Assembly (NCBI RefSeq): GCF_001672915.1
Contig: NZ_LZKR01000138.1
Coordinates: 1 to 23,617, forward strand
Reading direction: 5' to 3'
From: Mycobacterium sp. 1245805.9
GTDB lineage: Bacteria > Actinomycetota > Actinomycetes > Mycobacteriales > Mycobacteriaceae
Length of the DNA: 23,617 nt
Both the position numbers and the translations under genes were made by a program. Shown in pieces: positions 16,356 to 23,617 of the stretch; the first letter of the stretch is position 1, and each line of letters opens with the position of its first letter. Below the pieces are notes generated by a model, which was given only the letters and a program-made list of their open reading frames with translations, had not been told where the DNA came from and searched no databases.

Positions 16356-16364
16356 AAGTTAACA
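16356..16364 (-). promoter_or_regulatory. Candidate extended -10 (TGT-TAACTT) for the DUF4178-speE operon
   Basis: The minus strand reads TGTTAACTT, which fits TGN + TANNNT. This would give a leader of about 50 nt that contains the tandem 12-mers. Confidence 0.3.
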
Positions 16365-16415
16365 GCTTTCGTCCGACGGCAGCGTGTCCTACCGGATCCC
16401 GTCGGTGCGGCCGGT

Positions 16416-16421
16416 TAGGCT
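16416..16421 (+). promoter_or_regulatory. Candidate -10 hexamer for ruvCAB
   Basis: TAGGCT fits TANNNT and lies directly upstream of, and abutting, the SOS box. It is 33 nt before ATG 16454. Confidence 0.3.
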
Positions 16422-16422
16422 C

Positions 16423-16438
16423 TCGAACAGCTGTTCGT
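16423..16438. promoter_or_regulatory. LexA SOS box upstream of ruvC
   Basis: TCGAACAGCTGTTCGT matches the mycobacterial LexA consensus TCGAAC-N4-GTTCGA at 11 of 12 specified positions. It lies 16 nt upstream of ATG 16454 and just before the RBS GAAGGAG (16441-16447). Confidence 0.75.
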
Positions 16439-16453
16439 ACGAAGGAGCCGGCA

Positions 16454-17023
16454 ATGCGCGTGATGGGCGTCGACCCCGGGCTGACCCGATGCGGCCTGGC
16501 GGTCGTGGAGACCGGCGCGGGGCGCAAGGTCGTCGCGCTCGACGTCGACGTGGTGCGCACGGGGGCGGACGCGCCGCTGACCAAGCGGTTGCTGACCGTC
16601 AGCGATGCCGTCGAGCACTGGCTGGACACCCACCTGCCGGACGTGGTGGCCATCGAGCGGGTGTTCTCCCAGCACAACGTGTCGACGGTGATGGGCACCG
16701 CGCAGGCCGGCGGCGTGGTCGCGCTGGCGGCGGCCAGGCGCGGCATCGACGTCCACTTCCACACCCCCACCGAGGTGAAGGCGGCGGTCACCGGCAACGG
16801 CTTCGCCGACAAGGCTCAGGTCACCACCATGGTCACCAAAATCCTTGCGCTGCAGACCAAACCGACGCCGGCCGACGCGGCTGACGCGCTGGCGTTGGCG
16901 ATCTGCCACAGCTGGCGCGCGCCGATGATCGCCCGGATGGCCAAGGCCGAAGCGCTGGCGGCGCAGCAACGGCACGCCTACCGGGCCAAGTTGGCGGCGA
17001 AGCGCAAGGCGGTCGCCCGATGA
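16454..17023 (+). CDS. ruvC: Crossover junction endodeoxyribonuclease RuvC
   Basis: 189-aa ORF. It has [19 protein letters not shown] (catalytic Asp in VDPG), the IERVF acidic residue, and [12 protein letters not shown] at the C-terminal catalytic site. Confidence 0.95.
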   Translation: MRVMGVDPGLTRCGLAVVETGAGRKVVALDVDVVRTGADAPLTKRLLTVSDAVEHWLDTHLPDVVAIERVFSQHNVSTVMGTAQAGGVVALAAARRGIDVHFHTPTEVKAAVTGNGFADKAQVTTMVTKILALQTKPTPADAADALALAICHSWRAPMIARMAKAEALAAQQRHAYRAKLAAKRKAVAR

Positions 17024-17613
17024 TCGCGTCGGTGCGCGGCGAGGTGCTCGAGGTGGCGCTCGACCACGTCGTGATCGAGGCGGCCGGCGTTGGCTACCGG
17101 GTGAACGCGACGCCGTCGACGCTGGCGACGCTGCGGCAGGGCAGCGAGGCCCGGCTGATCACCGCGATGATCGTGCGCGAGGACTCGATGACGCTGTACG
17201 GGTTCACCGACGCGCAGACCCGCGACCTGTTCCTGACGCTGCTGTCGGTGTCGGGGGTGGGGCCCCGGCTGGCGATGGCGACGCTGGCGGTGCACGACGC
17301 CGCCACGTTGCGCCAGGTGCTGCACGACGGCGACGTCGTGGCGCTGACCCGGGTGCCTGGGATCGGCAAGCGCAGCGCCGAGCGGATGGTGCTGGAGCTG
17401 CGCGACAAAGTGGGCGCCGTGGCCGCGACCAACGGGGCGCCGCTGGTCAACGGCAATGCGGTGCGCAGCCCGGTGGTGGAGGCGCTGGTCGGTCTGGGCT
17501 TCGCCGCCAAGCAGGCCGAGGAGGCCACCGACAAGGTGCTGGCCGGCGATCACGAGGCGACGACGTCCAGCGCGCTGCGGGCGGCCCTGTCGTTGCTGGG
17601 TAGGTCCAAATGA
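17020..17613 (+). CDS. ruvA: Holliday junction branch migration complex subunit RuvA
   Basis: 197-aa ORF in an ATGA overlap with ruvC. It has MIASVRGEV...GVGYRV (OB fold), the helix-hairpin-helix motifs [12 protein letters not shown] and [15 protein letters not shown], and a C-terminal domain III. Confidence 0.95.
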   Translation: MIASVRGEVLEVALDHVVIEAAGVGYRVNATPSTLATLRQGSEARLITAMIVREDSMTLYGFTDAQTRDLFLTLLSVSGVGPRLAMATLAVHDAATLRQVLHDGDVVALTRVPGIGKRSAERMVLELRDKVGAVAATNGAPLVNGNAVRSPVVEALVGLGFAAKQAEEATDKVLAGDHEATTSSALRAALSLLGRSK

Positions 17614-18668
17614 CGGACGACTTCTCCGACGACTATGCCGACCGCGACGTCTCCCCGGCCCTGACCGTCGGTGAGGGCGACATCGACGTCAGCCTGCGGC
17701 CCCGCTCGCTGCGGGAGTTCATCGGGCAGTCGCGGGTGCGCGAGCAGCTGCAGCTGGTCATCGAGGGGGCCAAGAACCGCGGCGGCACACCGGATCACAT
17801 CCTGCTGTCGGGTCCGCCGGGGCTGGGGAAGACGTCGCTGGCGATGATCATCGCGGCGGAGCTCGGCTCGTCGTTGCGGGTGACGTCCGGTCCGGCCCTG
17901 GAGCGCGCCGGCGACCTGGCCGCGATGCTGTCCAACCTGGTCGAGCACGACGTGTTGTTCATCGACGAGATCCACCGCATCGCCCGGCCCGCCGAGGAGA
18001 TGCTCTACCTGGCCATGGAGGACTTCCGGGTCGACGTCGTCGTCGGCAAAGGCCCTGGGGCGACGTCGATTCCGCTGGAGGTGGCGCCGTTCACGCTGGT
18101 CGGCGCGACCACGCGGTCCGGCGCGCTGACCGGCCCGCTGCGCGACCGGTTCGGATTCACCGCGCACATGGACTTCTACGAGCCCGCCGAGTTGGAGCGG
18201 GTGCTGGCCCGTTCCGCCGGGATCCTCGGCATCGAGCTGGGGGCCGACGCGGGCGCCGAGATCGCGCGACGCTCGCGGGGGACCCCGCGGATCGCCAACC
18301 GGCTGTTGCGCCGCGTCCGCGACTTCGCCGAGGTGCGCGCCGACGGCGTGATCACCCGCGACGTCGCCAAGGCCGCGCTGGAGGTCTACGACGTCGACGA
18401 GCTGGGGCTGGATCGGCTGGACCGGGCGGTGCTGTCGGCGTTGACCCGCGGCTTCGGCGGCGGCCCGGTCGGGGTTTCGACGCTGGCGGTGGCGGTGGGG
18501 GAGGAGGCCACAACCGTCGAGGAGGTGTGCGAGCCGTTCCTGGTGCGGGCGGGCATGGTCGCGCGCACCCCGCGGGGCCGGGTGGCCACCGCCCAGGCCT
18601 GGACGCACCTCGGCCTGACGCCGCCGGCCGGGGCGACCGGCCTCGGGCAACCGGGCCTCTTCGACTAG
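17610..18668 (+). CDS. ruvB: Holliday junction branch migration DNA helicase RuvB
   Basis: 352-aa ORF in an ATGA overlap with ruvA. It has Walker [10 protein letters not shown], Walker [10 protein letters not shown], sensor [16 protein letters not shown] and [15 protein letters not shown]. Confidence 0.97.
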   Translation: MTDDFSDDYADRDVSPALTVGEGDIDVSLRPRSLREFIGQSRVREQLQLVIEGAKNRGGTPDHILLSGPPGLGKTSLAMIIAAELGSSLRVTSGPALERAGDLAAMLSNLVEHDVLFIDEIHRIARPAEEMLYLAMEDFRVDVVVGKGPGATSIPLEVAPFTLVGATTRSGALTGPLRDRFGFTAHMDFYEPAELERVLARSAGILGIELGADAGAEIARRSRGTPRIANRLLRRVRDFAEVRADGVITRDVAKAALEVYDVDELGLDRLDRAVLSALTRGFGGGPVGVSTLAVAVGEEATTVEEVCEPFLVRAGMVARTPRGRVATAQAWTHLGLTPPAGATGLGQPGLFD

Positions 18669-18690
18669 CACCGGTTACGCCACGCCCGAC

Positions 18691-18702
18691 CCGGGTACCC
18701 GG
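18691..18702. repeat. Perfect 12-bp palindrome CCGGGTACCCGG downstream of ruvB
   Basis: The sequence is self-complementary and lies 23 nt after the ruvB TAG. It could form only a short CCGG/CCGG stem with a GTAC loop, so its role as a terminator is doubtful. Confidence 0.4.
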
Positions 18703-18738
18703 TCTGCATCAGCAAACCGCTTGGCGGAGGAGATTCTG

Positions 18739-19389
18739 ATGAGGCGCACCGGTCCCGACTATGACAGCCCACGCACGCCGTACATGCCACGCACCCGCGG
18801 TGCGGTGTCCGGGCTGCTTCTGATCCTCTTGGGTGCATGGGGGGCCTTGGCCCCGTTCATCGGGCCCCTGATCAGGTGGTCGTATTCCGTCGACCCGGCC
18901 TGGACGTGGACGACGGCGAAAGGCTGGCTGGAGGTGCTGCCCGGCGTGGTTGCCGCGGTGGGCGGCCTGATCCTGGTCGTGTCCGGCAATCGCGCCAGCG
19001 CGGTGCTCGGCGGCTGGCTGGCCGTCGTCGCCGGGGCCTGGTTTGTGGTCGGCCGGGCGTTGGCCGCGACGCTGAACATCGGTGACGTCGGCCAGCCGGT
19101 GGCCGCGACGGACCTGAAGCGGGCCCTGCTCGAGGTCACCTACTTCACCGGCCTGGGCGCGCTGATCGTGTTCCTCGGCGGCGCCGCCCTGGGGCGCGTC
19201 GCGGTGCGCCATGCGCGCGACGTCGTCGTGACCGAACCGGCGCCCGTCGCCGCCACGCCGGCACACGAGCCGGCCGTGTACGACGAGTCGCCGCGCGACG
19301 TGCGGACCGACGAGCGTGGCCGGGGCGGCTTCTTCCACCGGCGCGCCGGGGGCGGACTGTTCCGCCGGCACCACCACGCCGGCGTCTGA
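18739..19389 (+). CDS. Conserved 4-TM membrane protein, paralogue A (family not recognised)
   Basis: ATG 18739 is preceded by GGAGGAG (18725-18731). The product is 216 aa with four hydrophobic helices and an Arg/His-rich tail (GFFHRRAGGGLFRRHHHAGV). It is about 65% identical to the ORF at 20012-20689 over 147 aa. Confidence 0.75.
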   Translation: MRRTGPDYDSPRTPYMPRTRGAVSGLLLILLGAWGALAPFIGPLIRWSYSVDPAWTWTTAKGWLEVLPGVVAAVGGLILVVSGNRASAVLGGWLAVVAGAWFVVGRALAATLNIGDVGQPVAATDLKRALLEVTYFTGLGALIVFLGGAALGRVAVRHARDVVVTEPAPVAATPAHEPAVYDESPRDVRTDERGRGGFFHRRAGGGLFRRHHHAGV

Positions 19390-19392
19390 TAA

Positions 19393-19441
19393 CGCGCGAG
19401 AGCACCGGTAGTCCCCAGCGGGCTGCCGGTGCTGTTGCGCG
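19393..19441 (+). terminator. Candidate stem-loop terminator after paralogue A
   Basis: CGCGCGAGAGCACCGG (19393-19408) pairs with CCGGTGCTGTTGCGCG (19426-19441) at 14 of 16 positions, including a perfect 8-bp inner stem, with a 17-nt loop. It starts 4 nt after the stop. There is no U-tract. Confidence 0.4.
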
Positions 19442-19498
19442 CCCGGGCGACCGCCGCTCGGTATGGTTCTTGGGTCGTTCGACTACCGAGGAGGAGCG

Positions 19499-19885
19499 AT
19501 GCTCACCGCCGGGTTGGTGTTCGCCGGGCTGGCAGCCCTACTGCACGTCTACATCTTCACGATGGAGTCGTTGACCTGGACCTCGGAGCGCACCCGCGCC
19601 GTCTTCGGGACGACGCCCGAGGAAGCCGAGACCACCCGGCTGCTCGCCTTCAACCAGGGCTTCTACAACCTGTTCCTGGCGATCGTCACCTTCCTCGGCA
19701 TTCCCCCGGTGATCATGGGCGACAAGGCCGTGGGGGTCGCGCTCATTCTCGCCGGCGTCGGATCCATGGCCGCCGCCGCGATCGTGCTGGTGTTCTCCGC
19801 CCGGGAGAAGGCGCGGGCCGCGGTGATCCAGGGCACGTTTCCGGTGATTGCCATCGTGCTGGTGGTTCTCGGCCTGTCCTGGTAA
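19499..19885 (+). CDS. DUF1304-family small membrane protein
   Basis: ATG 19499 follows GAGGAGGAG (19489-19497). The product is 128 aa. HVYIFTMESLTW...FG...LAFNQGFYNLFLA resembles the DUF1304 signature, and four hydrophobic helices are present. The track start at 19463 lacks an RBS. Confidence 0.8.
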   Translation: MLTAGLVFAGLAALLHVYIFTMESLTWTSERTRAVFGTTPEEAETTRLLAFNQGFYNLFLAIVTFLGIPPVIMGDKAVGVALILAGVGSMAAAAIVLVFSAREKARAAVIQGTFPVIAIVLVVLGLSW

Positions 19886-20011
19886 CACCAGCACCATCAG
19901 CCTCACTGGTCACGCAAAACCGCTTCCTTGTGCCCGCAGGTGTTACATCGCGGGCGGGTCGGGTACTCCCGGGGGGCCGGAAAACGGCCCGGCTTCAATT
20001 GAGGAGATGGA

Positions 20012-20689
20012 ATGAGATACGCAGATAGGGACTATCCAGGCGCTTTGACCATGCCGCGCTCGCGCGGCGCGATCAGCGGATTGATCCTGGTGATCCTTGG
20101 CGCCTGGGGGGCGTTGATCCCGTTCGTCGGCCCCCACTTCGACTTCGCCTACACGCCCGACCGCGATTGGGCCTGGACGACGGCGCGCGGCTGGCTCGAG
20201 GTGCTCCCGGGCGGCGCGACCGTGGTCGGCGGCCTGCTGCTGATCGTCGCCGGCAACCGCATCGCCGCGATGCTGGGCGGCTGGCTCGCGGTCCTGTCCG
20301 GCGCATGGTTCGTGGTGGGCGGCCAGATTGCTCCTCTGCTGGGCATCGGATCCGCCGGCGACCCGATCGCGGCGACCGAACGCAAGCGCGCCGCGCTCGA
20401 GGTCTCCTATTTCTCGGGCCTCGGTGCGCTGATCATCTTCGTGGGCGGGGTCGTCCTGGCGCGCACCGCGGTCCGGCTCGCGCGCGACGTGGAACCCCTG
20501 GGCCCGACCGAGGCCGAGGCAGCTGCGCCGGGCGGGGAGCCGGCGTACGTGTCCGGGCTCGACGAGTCGCCCGCGGTGTCGTCGGGCGCGGTGACCAAGC
20601 CCCGGATGGAGCGCGGCTGGCGCCGCCAGCGCGGCGCCGCGGGGTCGCCGAACGCGGCGTACCTGCGCTGGCCGCACCCCCAGGGCTGA
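20012..20689 (+). CDS. Conserved 4-TM membrane protein, paralogue B
   Basis: ATG 20012 follows GAGGAG (20001-20006). The product is 225 aa. It has the same helix layout and conserved blocks as paralogue A (GAWGAL.PF.GP, W.WTTA.GWLEVLPG, LGGWLAV..GAWFVVG, LEV.YF.GLGALI.F.GG). Confidence 0.75.
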   Translation: MRYADRDYPGALTMPRSRGAISGLILVILGAWGALIPFVGPHFDFAYTPDRDWAWTTARGWLEVLPGGATVVGGLLLIVAGNRIAAMLGGWLAVLSGAWFVVGGQIAPLLGIGSAGDPIAATERKRAALEVSYFSGLGALIIFVGGVVLARTAVRLARDVEPLGPTEAEAAAPGGEPAYVSGLDESPAVSSGAVTKPRMERGWRRQRGAAGSPNAAYLRWPHPQG

Positions 20690-20701
20690 GTCACGAGGAA
20701 A

Positions 20702-20740
20702 GCGAATCGCCCAGCACCGAAGGCGGGCTGGGCGAGTCGC
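20702..20740. terminator. Candidate bidirectional stem-loop terminator between convergent genes
   Basis: GCGAATCGCCCAGC (20702-20715) pairs with GCTGGGCGAGTCGC (20727-20740) at 13 of 14 positions, with an 11-nt loop. It is centred in the 60-nt gap between the stops at 20689 (+) and 20750 (-). Confidence 0.5.
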
Positions 20741-20749
20741 ATTGGATTC

Positions 20750-23617
20750 TCAGAGCAATCCGAGCAGCTGCAGGTCGCTGACGTACTTGGCGATGATCTG
20801 CGGCGAGACGTGCGGAATGTCCTTGTCGGGGCCGATTTTCGCGTCCTGAACCGCCGCACGGAACCGATCGGTCGGCGCCATCGAGCCGTTGATCGGCTGC
20901 TGGGGCTTTTGGTAGTTGTGCAGGAGCGGCAGCAGTGAGGCGTTGCGCTGCTTTTCGGGCAGCCCGCGCAGGCTGGTTTCGAAGCGCTGCAGCCAGTCGC
21001 CGTAGTCGTCGACTCGCCGGATGGCGCAGCCCGCCTCGATGAGCCAGTCGACGAACTGGTCCATCCCGATGCCGTCGTCGTAGGGGTTCATCACGTGGAA
21101 GGTGCGGAAGCCATCCGCGCTCTGGGCGCCAAGGGTGGAGATGGCCTCGGCGATGAACTCCACGGGCAGCCCGTCGTAGTGGGCGCGCTGCCGGTGGCCG
21201 TCGGCGTCGCGCTCGTAGAACGAGGCGGGCGCGATCCCGGTCGCGGCCAGGCTGAGCATCATCCGGGTGAACATGTCCGGGACATTCAGTTGGCCGGCGT
21301 AGGTGGTGTCGGCCAGGATCATGTCGCAGCGGAACACCGCGACGGGCAGCCCGCACAGGTCGTGGGCCTCGCGCAGCAGCACCTCACCGGCCCACTTGCT
21401 GTTGCCGTAGCCGTTGGCGTAGCCGTCGTTGATCTCGCGCGTCGCGCTGATCTGGCGGATGTCGGCGTCCTCGGTGAACTTGCCTGGCTGGATCTGGTCG
21501 CCCACCCCGATCGTCGAGACGTAGGTGTAGGGCTTGATCTTGGTGGTCAGCGCGAGCCGGATCAGCTCGGCGGTGCCCAGCGCGTTGGGCCCGAACAGTT
21601 CGCTGTAGGGCAGCACGTGGTTGACCAGGGCAGCGGGGTCGACGATCAGGTCGACGGTGTCGGCCAGCCGCTGCCACGTCTGGGCGTCCAGGCCGAGGTC
21701 GGCCTCGCCCTTGTCGCCGGCGACGACCTCGAGGTGGTCGGCCGCCAGCCGCTGGTAGTGGGCCAGCAGCTCGGGGTCTCCACTGTCGAACGTCGCGTCC
21801 AGGCGGGCCCGGGCGTCCTCGTCGGAGCGGGCGCGCACCAGCGCGATCACCTTGCCGTCCACCAGGTCCATGCGCTCCAGCCATTCCAGGGCCAGGTAGC
21901 GACCCAGGAAACCCGTTGCGCCGGTGAGCAATACGGTGCGCACCTCGGAGGTGGGCCCGGGCAGCTCGGGCGCGGCGGCCAGCGTCGAGGCCTCCAGGAA
22001 CTTGTCGAGGGTCAGGTCGCCGGCGTGCACCTCGGTCGCCTCACGCCCGTGCACCGAGGCGAAGCTGGGCCGCTTGGTGCCCTTGCGCTCGCCCTCGATG
22101 TAGGTGGCGATGGCGGCCAGGTCGTTGGCCGGGCTGACGATCACGCCCACCGGCACGTCGACGTCGAAGATCTCGCGCAGCAGGTTGCCGAACGTCAACG
22201 CCGACAACGAGTCCCCGCCCAGGTCGGTGAAGTGGGCCTCCGGCGACACCTCGCTGGTGGCGGTGCCCAGCAGGGCGGCCGCGGCGCGGCTAAGCGTCTG
22301 CAGCACCGGCGCGTCGGCGCCGCTGCGGCGCAATTCGGCCAGCTCGTTGGCCTGGCTTTGGGCCAGCTCGGCGTAGAGCTGCTCGAGGCGCTCGCCGTAG
22401 TGCGCCTTCAGCTTCGGCCACGCCAGCTTGCGGATGCCGGTCAGCAGGCCGTTCTCCAGCGTGAAAGGCGTTGTCTCGATGAGGAAGTCGCGCGGCACCT
22501 CATAGGACTGCAGGCCGGCCTCCTTCGCGACGTACTGCAGCGAGTCGGCGATCATCGGCTTCAACGTGTCAATGTCGTAGGCCGCCAACGCCTCTTCGGT
22601 GGGCACCACGACCGCCAGGAGATAGGGGTGGGCGCTGTTGCCGTAGACGTAGATCTGGCGCACCAGCGGGCTGTTGCCGAACACCGCTTCCAGCTTCGCG
22701 ACGGTGACGAATTCGCCCTGCGCGAGCTTGAGCACGTTGTTGCGGCGGTCGACGTACACCAGCTTGTCGGGGGCGACCTCGGCGACGACGTCGCCGGTGC
22801 GGTAGTAGCCGTCCTCGTCGAACACGCCTGCGGTGGTCTCGGGCCGCTTGTAGTAGCCGGGGAACATGTTGTTGGTCTTGAGCAGCATCTCACCGCGCGG
22901 GTAGGGCCGGTCGGTCGAGAAGTAGCCGAGCTCGGGGACGTCGACCAGCTTGTAGTCGATGACCGGCGGGCGCTGCACCACGCCGTCGAACAGGACCATG
23001 CCCGCCTCGGTGGATCCGTAGCCGTCCAGCAGGTGCATCTGCAGCAGGGATTCGACCCACTGGCGCAGCTCGGGGGAGGTGGGCGCCGAGCCCGTCATCG
23101 CGAAGATGAACCGCCCCCCCAGCAGGTGGTTGCGCAGCTCGTCCATCACCTCGGCCTCGTCGGCTCCGCGGTCGACCCGGCGCTGGTACTCGCCGTAGAT
23201 GGTCTCCCAGATCCGCGGCACGAAGTTCATCTCGGTGGGCCGGACCAGCTCGAGGTCCTCCAGCAGCGTCGAGAGGTCACTGCGGGCCGCGAAGTAGGCG
23301 GTGCCGCCGTTGCCGAGCGTGCCGTAGAGGATGCCGCGGCCCATGACGTGGCTCATCGGCATGAAGTTGAGGGTGATCGACGCGGCGCTCGGTCCGAACC
23401 AGTTCCGGGCCGACCGGCACCACATCTTTCCGACGTTGCTCGCCGGGTACATCGCACCCTTGGGTGCGCCGGTGCTGCCGGAGGTGTAGATCAGCAGGGC
23501 CAGGGGCTCCTCGTCGGACGGCGCCGACGTCGGCGCCTCGGGCAAGGCGGTCCCGCGCTCCAGCAGGTCGGCCAGGGCCTCGACGGTGACGGCGGTGCCG
23601 GCCCGCCGCGCCCGGGC
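20750..23617 (-). CDS. car: Carboxylic acid reductase (adenylation-PCP-thioester reductase; FadD9/CAR), 5'-truncated by the window edge
   Basis: The frame stays open to nt 23617. It has the AMP-binding motif [13 protein letters not shown] (about 23470-23500), the phosphopantetheine site GGDSLSAL (about 22203-22226), and the Rossmann reductase motif [13 protein letters not shown] (about 21900-21940). Stop TGA at 20750-20752. Confidence 0.93.
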   Translation of the reverse strand, partial: ARARRAGTAVTVEALADLLERGTALPEAPTSAPSDEEPLALLIYTSGSTGAPKGAMYPASNVGKMWCRSARNWFGPSAASITLNFMPMSHVMGRGILYGTLGNGGTAYFAARSDLSTLLEDLELVRPTEMNFVPRIWETIYGEYQRRVDRGADEAEVMDELRNHLLGGRFIFAMTGSAPTSPELRQWVESLLQMHLLDGYGSTEAGMVLFDGVVQRPPVIDYKLVDVPELGYFSTDRPYPRGEMLLKTNNMFPGYYKRPETTAGVFDEDGYYRTGDVVAEVAPDKLVYVDRRNNVLKLAQGEFVTVAKLEAVFGNSPLVRQIYVYGNSAHPYLLAVVVPTEEALAAYDIDTLKPMIADSLQYVAKEAGLQSYEVPRDFLIETTPFTLENGLLTGIRKLAWPKLKAHYGERLEQLYAELAQSQANELAELRRSGADAPVLQTLSRAAAALLGTATSEVSPEAHFTDLGGDSLSALTFGNLLREIFDVDVPVGVIVSPANDLAAIATYIEGERKGTKRPSFASVHGREATEVHAGDLTLDKFLEASTLAAAPELPGPTSEVRTVLLTGATGFLGRYLALEWLERMDLVDGKVIALVRARSDEDARARLDATFDSGDPELLAHYQRLAADHLEVVAGDKGEADLGLDAQTWQRLADTVDLIVDPAALVNHVLPYSELFGPNALGTAELIRLALTTKIKPYTYVSTIGVGDQIQPGKFTEDADIRQISATREINDGYANGYGNSKWAGEVLLREAHDLCGLPVAVFRCDMILADTTYAGQLNVPDMFTRMMLSLAATGIAPASFYERDADGHRQRAHYDGLPVEFIAEAISTLGAQSADGFRTFHVMNPYDDGIGMDQFVDWLIEAGCAIRRVDDYGDWLQRFETSLRGLPEKQRNASLLPLLHNYQKPQQPINGSMAPTDRFRAAVQDAKIGPDKDIPHVSPQIIAKYVSDLQLLGLL

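Noticed and set aside
16301-16422. RecA-independent (PafBC-type) promoter motif TGTCRGTG-N8-TANNNT upstream of ruvC
   Set aside because: Only a partial CAGTG is present (16319-23). It has no correctly spaced TANNNT, so no match is claimed.
19974-19990. Short hairpin GGGCCG-GAAAA-CGGCCC upstream of paralogue B, considered as a terminator for the DUF1304 gene
   Set aside because: The stem is only 6 bp. It lies 89 nt past the stop and has only a weak U-containing tail (CUUCAAUU). That is too little to call a terminator or a regulatory structure.
19429-20028. 199-aa plus-strand ORF overlapping the DUF1304 gene in another frame
   Set aside because: It is Arg/Gly/Pro-rich filler. The alternative frame gives a clean 4-helix DUF1304-like protein with a strong RBS.

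Overview
The window is a very G+C-rich actinobacterial chromosome segment. By gene content and order it is Mycobacterium. It is colinear, but inverted, with the M. tuberculosis Rv2616-Rv2590 region. Compared with my recollection of H37Rv it lacks vapBC40, vapBC41, pdxH and PE_PGRS44, so a non-tuberculous slow grower (for example M. avium complex-like) is my inference.

I call 24 protein-coding genes:
- Plus strand, left part: a 5'-truncated hotdog thioesterase, then thrS. Next comes the tightly coupled phosphatidylinositol-mannoside operon (HIT/Ap4A phosphorylase, pgsA1, patA, pimA, LemA-like/Nudix).
- Minus strand: an orphan PPE gene with NxGxG repeats and a C-terminal PE-PPE hydrolase domain.
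- Plus strand, middle: pdxS-tesB2-pdxT, then a yebC-family gene coupled to a SAM methyltransferase.
- Minus strand: a five-gene membrane operon, DUF4178 - DUF2617 - DUF4247 - DUF350 - polytopic spermidine-synthase fusion.
- Plus strand: ruvCAB, preceded by a LexA SOS box.
- Plus strand: two paralogous 4-TM proteins bracketing a DUF1304 gene.
- Minus strand, right edge: a 5'-truncated carboxylic acid reductase (FadD9/CAR).

I found no rRNA, tRNA, CRISPR, transposase or integrase. Most other long ORFs in the six-frame track are antisense or out-of-frame artefacts of the high G+C content.

The best candidate for an undescribed system is the translationally coupled DUF4178/DUF2617/DUF4247/DUF350/membrane-SpeE operon (12717-16300). 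Secondary leads are a 126-bp nested inverted-repeat element in the pdxT-yebC spacer, the duplicated membrane-protein locus downstream of ruvB, and a tandem 12-mer in the divergent control region shared with SOS-regulated ruvC.

Every family assignment comes from motifs read by eye and remembered synteny. No database search was run.
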